From Octopus sinensis (Eukaryota): 64,000 nucleotides of DNA. A program made the translations under genes and the position numbers. Numbering within the stretch: position 1 is the first letter of the stretch; every line of letters starts with the position of its first letter. Of the stretch, positions 51,308 through 64,000 are shown piece after piece. The notes below the pieces were generated by a model that saw only the letters and a list, made by a program, of their open reading frames with translations, was not told the origin of the DNA and did no database searches. The stretch is from contig NC_042999.1 in NCBI RefSeq assembly GCF_006345805.1, forward strand, positions 81,902,001-81,966,000, given 5' to 3'.

Positions 51308-52619
51308 TATATATATATAGGGAGGATTCACAAAAAACAAAAGGCGAAGACAGTTGGTGTAGACAACAAACAGATGTATTAATATTACGCTAAGGAAGGT
51401 AAAATGTTTTTACGCTCTTCCACAGAAAGGAACACAGAAAGAAACAAGGAGAGAAAATAAAGAATGTGTAGTGGCTAGCGATCTATTATGGTGAATGAAT
51501 TTACATACACATTTATATGCGTTTGTGTGTGTGTGTATGTGAGTGTGTATGTGTGCGTGTGTATGAAAATAAGTAAAGAAAGCATTAAAAAAGCTTCTAA
51601 CTTGTGAGTGCATCCTTAGAAATAGTCCTGTATGAACAAGACCTCCTGACCTTCACCATTTAAATATAAGAAAAACAACTGGGTAATGTGCCGACATCTG
51701 ATACAGCAAAAAGAGTAAACTAATATATGCAGTACTCATGCACTTTGTGAAAGACTTTAGTGTTATATATTTAATGAAAACGCTTATATCGAAAATTGAA
51801 ACCAGGATGACATTTCAGTACATGAATTATTTAATTTATTGCTCATAAGTCGCTAAACTTGATTTCTAATCATTTATTACAACTTTTTAATTTTCCCTAA
51901 CGATTATATTTGAAACTGAGGCTTGAGTGAAAGTTATATGACGAATCAAACGAAAACAGAGAGAAAAACAAAAAAGACAAGCAGAAACAAATGAATGCTC
52001 CCGACCAAGCTTACAAAGTCTTTATTCAGTGAGGCAAACAACAGACTTATTAGACGAGAAACATTTATATTTGTCGATAGGTTAATTTTAAGCATAGATC
52101 GTATAAGGTCAAATCACAAATTAACGCCTCACCGAATTCTGCGCAGTTATTTGATGGACAGAAATTTCCATGAGGTATAGGGTTGTGTGGGAGAGATTCT
52201 TTTACACAGATTTGCTCTCCCCCTCCACACAGAATAAGACTGCGTATGTAGGCGCTGCTGTGATCTTGTGCACGTGTGCTGTTATATGTGTGTGTGTGTG
52301 AGTGTGTGTGTGTGTGTATACACGTAGCAGCATGCGTACACAAGATCACAGCAGCGCCCAAAATATATGTATATACATATAAATATATATATTTATATAT
52401 ATGTGTACACACAGTCACACCCACATATGTATATGTATATAACCTACATATACATACATATACATTTATGTATAAAATTTGTATATATGTATTCTATATA
52501 TTTTGCATATATTCAGACATATATGTGCGTATATATGTATATATATACATATATATATATATATATACCTATATATATGTGTGTGTGTAAGTGTGTGTGT
52601 ATGTGTAAAATGTATATGC

Positions 52620-52687
<68 letters not shown>

Positions 52688-52700
52688 ATATATAATATAT
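49410..52700 (+). repeat. Near-identical tandem duplication of about 1.6 kb (copy 1 about 49437-51071, copy 2 about 51072-52700)
   Basis: Identical ORF-track entries offset by 1611 bp (50384/51995, 50454/52065, 49799/51410); the differences I saw lie in microsatellite tracts. Confidence 0.97.
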
Positions 52701-52808
52701 ATATATATATACAAATATATACGCATGTGTGTATATACGTTTTTGTATATACACACACGATTACACGCTGGAATATCAGTGTGCGTATGTTTGTGTATGT
52801 GTGTGTGC

Positions 52809-52843
<35 letters not shown>

Positions 52844-53246
52844 TATGTCTATATATTTCTATATACGTGGCACGAGGTCAGTCTTGAAAATTAGAAGCGA
52901 GTCGCTCACTCTATTTTTTTCCCTTCCTCACTACCTGTCTGTTATTAAAATCTCTAAGTTCTCTTATTCCCCATCAATGGTACTTGTAGAGTACAATAGA
53001 CAGCGCAGACAAATGCATTTGAAGGCGTGCACTCGTATTAATTAAAAATTTCGAATGAAAACCGAAGGTCAGATTACAGCTGAGTTTGATCACTCATACA
53101 ATGTATTGACTCCACTAATTTACGCTCCGTTTGTCAAATCTATATAATTGTGATTAATAACTACATCGCGATGTCGAATATTTATAAGGTTTCGTTTTAT
53201 AACCATTACTTCAAATTTGTGATATTGTCATTGTTATTGAGGCATT

Positions 53247-53281
53247 ACTCATCATCATTATCATCATCATCATCATCATCA

Positions 53282-53312
<31 letters not shown>

Positions 53313-53358
53313 CATTATTATTATTATCATTATTATTATCATCATCATCATCATCATC

Positions 53359-53405
<47 letters not shown>

Positions 53406-53412
53406 TATTATT
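53247..53412. repeat. (ATC)n/(ATT)n tract
   Basis: Direct reading. Confidence 0.96.
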
Positions 53413-54564
53413 AAATTCCTAAAGAATCACGACAGAGTATGTTGTACTGGGGGTTGTAAACTGTCCTTGTAATACTCCTCAGTTGTTACATCTGTAACAA
53501 ATAAAAGGAATCAAAGTCATCATCATCATCATCAGTAACATAATGATGAGGTTGATATATTTTGATTACACTGGAAGCCAGTAATCATACTCTCGAGAAG
53601 CAGCTGTTAATATAGTTTCTTTTGTGTACGTTATCAGTAATTTGGAAAATGATAGTATCCATGATAACGAAGACAATGACAACGTCAATCTTGTTCTTAG
53701 TAATGTAGGTAGCTTTAACTGTTGCTGAAATTCGTTGCTGATGCCTTCGAAATTTTTCAAAATCTTACATGTAAATTCTGTAAATTATTCAGTAATACTA
53801 TGGTTACGTTAGTCTATCTGGCACGTACTTCTGTTAAATATTGCGTTATGATGATTACGTTTTCGAATCTTCTTTTTTTTTTCTCTTTCTTTTTTTAACT
53901 TACATCTTTTTAAATATTTACATCGTAATTTTAACTGAATCTTTGTTACTTCTGTAATGGAAATTTTAGTAGACAATTGTTATTACTAAATGTAAAGAAA
54001 TAAAACCTTGAGTTCTGTCTGCTACCATAATCTTTGTTAAGCCATTTTATAAACTACGTGTAGTTCTACATCAACATTTGTGCAATTATTGGTCAAGCGA
54101 AATACAGAAAAATTGAATGTACCTTGTATCATATATAAGATGTCTATCTTCGATTTTTCTCAAAATCCCTTAAAAATTTTAATACTTACGTAACTGAGAT
54201 AACATGAATTCTTAAATTATGTACATTGTCGGAGAGCATTTTTTTATCATTGTTGCTTTCATTCTGCAGATTTTTACACTCACTTTATTCATGTGTATTA
54301 TACTATGCCCTTGTCGGATTTGAATAGAAGGTACCATCCATCATTTCCTAGATATCTATATACTTAGTTATATCTGATAAGATGTTTCTAGCATGCACAA
54401 AGAAATTTGTTCGGCAAAAACTAAAGAATAGATAGTTGGGCCACTTTCGAATATAGTTTTAAATTTTGCCTTCTAATTCTGAGCTTCAATGGTCGGAAGA
54501 AGCTCTTGGAGCATGGACGGGCATGAGAAGATTCAAATCGTTGGAAATAACTACATCAACTTAC

Positions 54565-54588
54565 TGTAATAGTTGTAGAGAACCATAT
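54565..54588 (-). other. Candidate 24-nt micro-exon
   Basis: ...gatatattttacag|ATATGGTTCTCTACAACTATTACA|GTAAGT; all three frames open. Confidence 0.35.
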
Positions 54589-55372
54589 CTGTAAAATATA
54601 TCTGAAACGTAGGGGCTCATTAATTTAATAAAAATTTATATTTGTCATATTATGAATAGGATTATACAATTTTCTAGGCAGATAATTGAAGGGGATTTTA
54701 TATATCTGGACTATATATCTGAAAGTGCAACAGCGTTTAATCAGGGTCAGAGAATTTTTAATCAAAAGTTTCATTAAATCTTTTAAAATACATACCTATC
54801 ACAGATTGCTACCTGTTATCCTAGTCATCAGGATATCATTTTGCTCAGGTGGGCGGTGCAAGTTGTCTACTACGCAGTTACAACCAGAGCTCATTCAGAG
54901 CAGAACAGCTCAGATCTATGTACAGATACGAAGCTATCATTCGAAAAGGTCTCGAAACCCTGACTAGTTTTCTTTTGTAATCCGCTCTGGTTTTACTAAA
55001 CAATATACATAGAGAATTTTCCAGCATGTTCCAGTCACAATAATCAATTCCATTTTGTTCGATTACACATATAGTTTTATTTCCTTGCTTCCGTTCCTTT
55101 CTATTACTTTTTCTGAAGTGGAAACGATACAGCATTTCTTTTGTTGCGTGGAAAATACCAATATTTCTTAAAGAAAATATTCCATCATATATAAATAGAT
55201 ACACAGAGACACACAGAAACACACAAATGAACAAATACATAATATTGCATGGAATATGTATGCACATAGGTACATACGTACATACAACACATACACACAC
55301 ACACCCACATAGTCCCTCCACATGCACACACAAACACACGCCCGCACACACACATACGCACACACACACACG

Positions 55373-55415
<43 letters not shown>

Positions 55416-55530
55416 AGTAAAGGAGGGAGAGAGCGGGATAAGTGCACAGAGGCGGATGAACAGATAGATAGTGAAATAGATACATAGATGAATTTGCCAA
55501 TCTCCAGATCTTCCAACAGAGCAAACCATC

Positions 55531-55577
<47 letters not shown>

Positions 55578-56770
55578 ATATATATGCATGTATGTATGTA
55601 TATATGTATGTATGTATGTATGTATACACAACTAGATATATTGGTATTGAATAGATTTTTTTGTAAGAGGATTAAAAAAAACAATCGATAATATGCACAT
55701 ATCGATTTGTTTTATAAGTGAATGAACATTTGTTTCTACATCGCAGATTCCTTTTGACGTCTCTTCGATGATGAATTTACTAGGGTGTATATTTTCATCA
55801 TGGGATATGGCATACGTATAGGTGTACAGCTGTAATTCTTTTGAAAAATATCGTAATAGATAAAATGGCAGAGAACAATAAAAATAGGTGGGGAAGGGTG
55901 ATGTAGAGAAAAGTGAGAGGTGTCAGAGAGTGTAGAAGGAAACAAATATCCCAGATATATCCAAATTGAATGTTGCATTCTTCCATCCATTCATTCCCTG
56001 ATCGATCACTTATACATTTGATCTACTTTAATGTTTCTTTGCTTTTATTTTGCAAGATTTCTCTCCATATTTGCATGTGGGTGCGCGCGCAAGTGCAGTG
56101 CCAAACGAAAGATTATTCTGTTATTTACTCATCTACACTTGACATATACATATATATATGTTTTATCTTCGAATATTTTTACTGATCATTTCTTGTCATT
56201 CGCTATGTTATAACGCTAATCGATAATTTATATGCACTGATTTAAATCTCAGCATTTTATCAACTGTTTATTGAACCCAAAGTCTTTGTTTCCTACCTAC
56301 AAATCTATAAATACATATGATATAAATAATCCAGAATCGAAATGAGCAATAAATTGCAATAAATTACTGTACTACGGTTGATAGCTTCTCAAACTGTCAC
56401 AACAACCAATAAATTTTAGCAGACCTGAGAGTGGAGTTAATTGGCTCAATTATAATCCTTGATATTAAGTTTGCGACTTGAAATTTTGAGGAACAATATA
56501 TGCATATTTACATTCAGCTGATAACGGAAAGTAACTTAACTAAGTACTGCTAGTTATGTTTTTCTATGACCGTGTAGATTTTGTAATAGCTGTATTATGA
56601 AATACCGATAGACATCAAATAGATTATACAAATAGTGAGAAACAAAGAGGCTACAAACCAACATATGGTAAGCTATATAGGAAATTCAACAAAGGCAACT
56701 GGACTGGGTTTTGTTATCAAAGCCCATCAGAAAAAAAATCTGACATCCTATTAAAAATCTGTCCCTTTAC

Positions 56771-56807
56771 CTTTGAAAGTAATGGAAATGTATCCTAATA
56801 TATACTC
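56771..56807 (-). other. Candidate 37-nt exon
   Basis: atttctgcttttcaacattacag| ... AAG|GTAAAG; frame EYILGYISITFK is open. Confidence 0.3.
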
Positions 56808-57489
56808 CTGTAATGTTGAAAAGCAGAAATGATAATAATTGCTTCGGTAGTGACTGCAGCAAACATATTAAAAGAGGTGCACTCTCTTGTGCAGTATTTA
56901 CAAACACTGAACAGGATATTGACCAATACTAGCTTACAGGATTAATACAAATGTGACGAGGAGCATGATAAAATGCCTAACGATGTATATGAAGATGGTG
57001 ATACTTACAATAATGATGATGATCATAATAATGGAGGTATTGATGAAAATGATAATAAAAGTGACAATAGAGAAGTGAGTGAAAATCATGGTAATAATGA
57101 TGATGTGAAGATCAAAATAACCATCCAGGTATCATAAACAAAGACAAAAATGATACCTATAATATTCGAATAAATTGGCATACACATAATTACTGCGACT
57201 TACGATTTTAAGAAACAATGTAAATTACCTTTATTTGAAATACTAGACATCTCGATTACATTTGAAGAAATTCTTTCTTTTAATTCTTTTTTTATTCAGA
57301 AGAAAATGCATTACCCATGATCTGTTACATGGCTTCTGAGATTGATGGGAGAAAAGTATACTCAAGCAGAAAGACTAGCCTTCTTGCTTACAACAGACTG
57401 GAATCCGTTTAGGGCAACAAAGCTGACAAGCAGTGTTATTATAGGAGACCACGGTTTAACTCGACTGGTACAGTAGACCTTTGTGGAAT

Positions 57490-57665
57490 CTCAACTGAAA
57501 GAATACGGACCTGCAACCAACATATTATGTCACCTAACCCGAAATGATGAAATTCAAGGTTGAGCTTGGTGGAAACTAAACTCAGAGTGCAGCGAGTTAA
57601 AAGAAATGCCAAAAAGTAATCTGCCTAACATTATAACGATTTCGTCAATTCACTGTCTTCTAATA
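57490..57665 (-). mobile_element. SINE family B, highly degenerate
   Basis: CCCGAAATGATGAAA..GTTGAGCTTGGTGGAAACTAAACTCAGAG...AACGATTTCGTCAATTCACTGTCTT follows the reverse-strand family-B pattern. Confidence 0.5.
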
Positions 57666-59199
57666 AAGGCGTTGAAAAGTTATTAACGTACAAATATGTA
57701 GAATTGAAAATAAGATTGTTTTGTAGATTAGAAAACAAAACTGAATAATATATATATATATACTTATATAACCAATTTGAACTACTATTATCAATTTATA
57801 TATTTATAAACAAAATAATAGTCTCAAAACAATGATAAACACATTTCTAAGTGAAATATGTAAATTCCTAAGTGAGGAAATATCTTTAGGATTAATAAGT
57901 TTACTCCTTAATCACCAAGTACCGGTATTCATCAAACAATACCAATTTTTTATACTGTATTCGACCCACTCATTCAGAGCTTGCGGTTGTTTGGTCACAA
58001 ACCAAGAACATTCGAGCACATTTGTGATCAAAGTCTACCTTGTCTTTTTCTACTTGGAGGGAAAAAATAAGTGGTAAGGTATGATTTGAGAAAAATTTTG
58101 TTTGGATTTTCTAGAAAATCAGTCCACAACGTGGAAACTCCTATGCGTATTTTTTGTGGTTCCTCATTACCTTGCCAACCCTGAACAAGCACACAAATGC
58201 TGAAATACATATTTCAGCCGTACTCATCTGATATTTCCTCAAAGTTCATGGAATAGAACTTCATAGGAGTTTGGATTTTAGAGACTACGGATTTGTGTGA
58301 CATTTCTAACAGAACCCTGATTAGGATGAGGAATTTTTTAGTCAACGCTTATGCAAAAGCTGTATATGACAACGGTCAGAATTCACCGTGACGTAGAAAT
58401 TATTTGATATAGTTCCAATAATTAAAAAATATATTTTTCAAAACGTTATTGACTATTGAAAAAAATGTTCATTTATTAGGATGTCACTAACCTTCGTGGA
58501 AAAAAGTTTGTATATAATGTGTATTTTAGGCCTATTGTGTATTTTGTGTATAATTGATTTTGTGTTTGAACTTCCAAACACACGCAGTCAGGGCTAATGC
58601 ATAAAAAGGAAGGCATGTTGTTGTTTTCTGTATGTTTTTGTTTTTCTTTTTGTAAAGGTGTTAATTATTTCCTGTTTAGTTTCAGATTTAGAAATTTAGA
58701 AAGAATTCTCCTTTTGCTTTTTGCAGTTAATCATTTTCATCGAATATTTTGTAAAAGGAGAATATTTTAAATAGTCGACTATTTTAAATATTGACTATTT
58801 CTGGTTCAGTTTTTGATTTAAAATTCTTATTAAGTATTCTTCATTTACATTTCATAGTTAATCATTTTCATCTTTTATTTTGCAAAAGGAGAATATTTTA
58901 CATATTCCACTTGCACGTATGGAACATTTCTAAGAGATGAATTTTTAATGCATTCTTTATGTATGTTTACACGACTAATTAATTTTATTCTTGTTCCTCC
59001 AATTTAATTGTCATTGCATTGTTGGCATGCGATGCGCTAGATGAAATCTTTTGTTTAGCAAGTCATGCTATCGCACACTTTCAATTCCTTTCCATTCTTG
59101 AATCTTTTGGTTGTTCATTGCTCAATTATTTTACATGTCCATCCGTGAGGGTCTCAGTTTGTTACTTGTATTATTTCTTTCTCCGATGGGAAGCTAGCC

Positions 59200-60370
59200 T
59201 TTGATGGAAGCCTCTTGTGATTTGGTGGTTGCCTTCGGTGGTTGATGGTTTGTGATATTTTCATTATTTGTCAGAGATTTGATACTTAATGTAGAAGGAG
59301 GAGATATGGTTTGGCTGTTGTGGTTCCAATGTCCTAAGAATACGAGTAACAACAAATTAAACATGTCTATACGTGTATCTATGTTTCCACTCTAAGCATG
59401 AGCGTTTCTCCGTAAGGTGTAGACCTGAATTTCTTTTGTTTTGGTTATGGCATGATTTATTAACTTTTTGTGTGTACTTCTATTTTTAGAGGAAAATGTT
59501 TAGTTCTATCACTCGTTTCTCTCGTCTATTGATATTTTCAAATATTGAGATTACACGACTTGCTATGTTGAATGGTATATTTCTCTTTGTATGGCAAGAG
59601 TGGAAAGATCTAAAATCTAACTATAGGTGTGCACTTGTGTCTTTTAGTAGATCAGTTGCAACAGTCTCATTTCTTTTAATTATTAGAATGTCTGGTACAG
59701 GTGTTCCTTTCATCTATTTCCACAGTGATTTGGATCGATTCATGAATGCTGTTTGTTAATTTAAAGAATCTTTTAAGGTCCTCCTTAGTTTTGTTCCAAA
59801 ATATAAAGCTGTCATCAGAGAATCTTTTCCAGTTCCCTATTGAATAGGTTTGGTCATGATATAGATTTTGTCTTCTAGATATCTCTTTACTAGTATCACA
59901 AACGTTGGTGCAACTTTCGTCATTCTTGTGCCTTGTATCTGGTCTCAAAATTGTTTGCCAAAATGGGAGTAATTTATTTATAGTACTAACCCTAATCTTT
60001 CAAGTGTAAACTCTATTCAGAGTATCTCCTGAATTCTTTTTGAGCATTTGTCTATCCAGAATTCTAGTGTTTCTAAGCCAAACTAATGGGAATTTCTGTG
60101 TATAGAAAGGTTACGTCAAAGCTAAATGGGATTATCTCTTTATCTATTGTTTTTGAATTATATTTTGGGAAGTTTTTGTCTTCTCTGATAATACTAAGCA
60201 CATATTTACAAAAATGTTTCAAAATTATGTCAATTAAGTTGTTTAATCTTTGGATCCTGGATGCTGGTTCTGCAACAAGTGTACGTAATTTTCACATATT
60301 CATGCACGTATATTTGTGTATACATACGTATATCACTACACATATAGAATCACTAAAATGCTTGTTTGCA
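59200..60370 (-). mobile_element. Penelope-like element RT remnant
   Basis: NWKRFSDDSFIFWNKTKEDLKRFFKLTNSIHESIQITVE matches the Penelope RT W.R(Y/F).DD..I W...LNS.HPSIQFT.E region; broken frames on both sides. Edges approximate. Confidence 0.72.
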
Positions 60371-60634
60371 GATGAAACATTCGGAGATTTTATATGATTT
60401 AGAACAAATAGTTCCTCATACGACCAGATTGATAGTATGGAGTCTTAGATGTACTAACGAAATGAACGGAATTCTCCTAGCAAAGAGAAATACTGCATTC
60501 TTCAGCCATCAGCAAATTCTGCTTATGCGCAGTAAAAATGAAAGCATGTATTCTCACAGTACATTTTTCGCTTATTCGTTTTCTGACATGTTCTAGATAT
60601 AAAATATGATGAAAATATTAAAAAATGATAATGA

Positions 60635-60635
<1 letters not shown>

Positions 60636-60696
<61 letters not shown>

Positions 60697-60745
60697 TAAC
60701 AACAACAACAACAACAATAATAATAATAATAATAATAATAATGAT
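60636..60745. repeat. (AAT)n/(AAC)n tract
   Basis: Direct reading. Confidence 0.96.
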
Positions 60746-61379
60746 AATAATAATATATGGGTTATATACATCTCCCACCCTATCCCTGTGTGATCTCTTT
60801 CTTCGTTTGTGTCTGTATGAGAGTTTGCGCCGGTGTAAGAGTGTGCAGACAGATAGTTTTAAAGATAGAAAAATAGATAGATACATCTAAAGAGAGAGAG
60901 AGAGGTGTGTGTATAAGAAGTTTTGAGTAAGTATGTGTGTGTGTTTGCATGCATATGTTTGTAAGCAGGTTTGAGATGTGATAAGGAGAATGAAGGGAAG
61001 TTTATCAGTAGTTAAATATCAGCATCATTACATGTGACGAGTAAAATAAATATTTCAGAATGAGTGAAACGAATAGAGAGAATGTAAAGTAATACAGAGT
61101 GTGTCGGTGTGAGAGGAGCAAAATGTTGGATGAATAGACAGGTTGTCTAAGTTGCGAGTGTAGAGAAGCGGATTTGTATGAGTATGTGTACGTGCGTGTT
61201 TCTTTGTGTGTGCCTGTATATGTGTGTTTGTGTGTGAATGTGTGCTTGTCTATGTGTGTGTGTGCATTAAAGATATATAATTATTTGCTTCAGGAAATTT
61301 GGGGAAAAGCACATGCATATTAGAAGTGTAAGCATATATATGTCATCATATGTACACCTGTGTTTTTATACATTATATA

Positions 61380-61416
61380 TGTGTGCGTGTGTGTGATACA
61401 TATATATTATATATAT

Positions 61417-61459
<43 letters not shown>

Positions 61460-61678
61460 TATATATATATATATATATCAGTATATATATACGTACATAG
61501 ATATATATACACACAGATGTATAAACGCATATACAATTGCTTATACAATTGCGTGTGGGTGTATCTATACGTACAGTTATATGTGTAAACATACGTAGGT
61601 GTACGTGTATTTACATGTAAATATGAATACATAAATATATACTTATGCACACACACTCGCACAGTCACACACACACAT

Positions 61679-61731
<53 letters not shown>

Positions 61732-62191
61732 CTACACACACACACACATACACATTTGCTTGTGTCTACATGCATATGGGTGTTATTTTATATCTATATG
61801 TATGATTAAAAGTATGTACTTTGGACACATATGTCAGACAGAAAAATCTAATTCAGTTAGGAAAGAGTATTGAATTCTAACTATGAATGAAAACTAAAGC
61901 AAAAAAATAAGATGTTCTCATTGCTTGTCTTTATATTTATAACTCGTGCTGTGCCACAGAGCATACATCATCATATGGCTATTAAATATTTAAATCCCCC
62001 TGAGAATTCGCATTTCTGACAGGTCAAATACAGTCCAGCCGAGCCGAAACTTATTGTCAGAAACCAAATATTGTATGGCAGCGTATACGTATTTTTACGT
62101 ACGGTATATATATATATATATAATATATATATATATATATAATATATATATATATATATAATATATATATATATACATTATAGATATATAT

Positions 62192-62257
<66 letters not shown>

Positions 62258-62322
62258 TATACATATATATATACGTATATATGTATGTCTGTATACGATA
62301 GAAGTTATATATTTATATATAT

Positions 62323-62387
<65 letters not shown>

Positions 62388-62691
62388 GCAAAATGATAAA
62401 GAGAAAGAAGGACTGCTAAATAAGAACAGGTAGATATAGTCGGATATACGTAGGTGGCGGAGAATAAACAGAACTGCATTTTTCAATGGTAAGAAATTGT
62501 CAGTGCCGATAGAATTGTTCGCTTCTCTGCTTATAAGTGACATTTATATATACTTGTAGATATATTCCACTTTTACAGGATATTGATTTCATCCGTAATT
62601 TATTACGCCACCTACCGGCTGAGCACAAAGAATTGTATGTACCTGTGCATAAATATATACATATATATATATATGTAAATATATACATATC

Positions 62692-62759
<68 letters not shown>

Positions 62760-62881
62760 TATTCATACACACACGCACGTGTATGTGCGTGTGTGCTTGT
62801 GTGTACATTTGTATACATATCACGTTCTTCTTGTAGTATAATCATAATATATCAACATACATATATATATAAGCATATATA

Positions 62882-62926
<45 letters not shown>

Positions 62927-63365
62927 CAGACATACATATATACATATATATATATACATGCATGTATGCATAGATATAAATGCACACACATATAGACATA
63001 TGTATCTAAATGCATATATGTGTGTGGATGAGTGTGTGAGTGTGTCTCACTCTCGCTCCGTGCATGTGTACGCATGCAAGTGTGTACGTATGCGTCTGTG
63101 TATGTTTTCATGTGTGGGTGCTAATCTGTTAAGTTAATCATTGGAAAAAATTATCATTGCCTGAAATACAAACAAATTCATGAGGTACACATAATCTCTC
63201 GCCCTCTTGCATATATATATATATATGCATCCATAACTACATACGTACATGCATACATACATACATACCTATATACACACAAATATATGTGTGTGTATAT
63301 ATATCATATATATATACAGACACACACACACAAACACACAAACACTCACTCACACACACATACAC
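61380..63365. repeat. Dense (TA)n/(CA)n/(TG)n microsatellite field
   Basis: Direct reading. Confidence 0.92.
62579..62634 (+). other. Candidate 56-nt exon
   Basis: atattccacttttacag| ... |GTATGT; frame [18 protein letters not shown]. Unrecognised. Confidence 0.25.
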
Positions 63366-64000
63366 ACACGTATATTCCCATATGTAACTGCCTGCGTAAT
63401 CATGTCCTCCAATATCTTCTGGCGAGGTAACTTTAAACCATAATTCAAGGCAAATGGGCTACCATTAGAAAACGATAGAAAATACTCGTATTTCATTTGA
63501 TATCATATTATTTCCTACATGCATTTCTCACAGGAAATTTACTTCTAATTTTTTTTACATGGTTTCAGGCCCTCCGAGGCATAAAAACGAGAGAAATTGC
63601 TATTTGGTTTCCTTCACTCGTTGCTCTCTTGGTTGGTTTCAGATCCTAAGCTGAATCGAGTAATAAATAAATGGGAAAAGTAAAATCACTTTCTTTTGTA
63701 GCTTCTTTTTTAAGAGACCCAATATATCGAAAATGTTCTTCAACCAATAACATGTTGAAATTACCTTATTTCATGTTTTAATATGCTATGGCATTTTTAA
63801 AAATGCGTATATCGCAGAGTAAATGCACCAATGTTCTTTCCAGTATGTCATTTCCTTTCTTCTGTTAGGGTGACTGAATCAGTTTTTTTCCCCAATGCCA
63901 TACTTATTGAGAGAGATCTGATAGCCAACTTTACAATGTATCCCTATATTAAATTATTATCTCTTTTGCAAACCGATGGAAAAATCTATTGGTATGCATT

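Noticed and set aside
58724-58905. About 50-bp imperfect direct repeat and a 16-bp palindrome AAATAGTCGACTATTT
   Set aside because: Short and AT-rich; expected from local slippage.
1561-63443. Dozens of track ORFs rich in YI/HT/CV or poly-I/L/N/S/M/V
   Set aside because: They are translations of (TA)n, (CA)n, (TG)n and trinucleotide tracts that lack stops in some frames; not genes.

Overview
Very AT-rich, microsatellite-dense animal genomic DNA. The SINE families, (TA)n/(CA)n/(TAA)n load and LINE types look like a cephalopod (Octopus-like) genome; this is an inference from repeat content, not a database match. Most of the window is intronic or intergenic and is built from transposable-element remains: RTE, CR1, R4/Dong, L1/Tx1-like and Penelope-like retroelements, Tc1/mariner and pogo/Tigger DNA elements, Helitron pieces and three SINE types. 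The only long intact ORF is a 588-aa CR1 reverse transcriptase. I could not identify a host gene, though several GT-AG-bounded candidate exons exist (best: 6035-6185 on the minus strand, and a micro-exon-like cluster at 53.4-54.6 kb). The most unusual sequence-level observations are a U6 snRNA pseudogene abutting a SINE head, a 124-nt inverted copy of the local RTE joined to a Helitron 3' end, a head-to-tail Helitron-like pair carrying 70-bp satellite arrays, an RTE flanked by a 70-bp direct repeat, two long inverted repeats, elements associated with (TAA)n tracts, and a near-identical 1.6-kb tandem duplication. I found no clear evidence of a wholly new biological system. Most ORFs in the supplied track are microsatellite artefacts. 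Coordinates were counted by eye and element edges are approximate.
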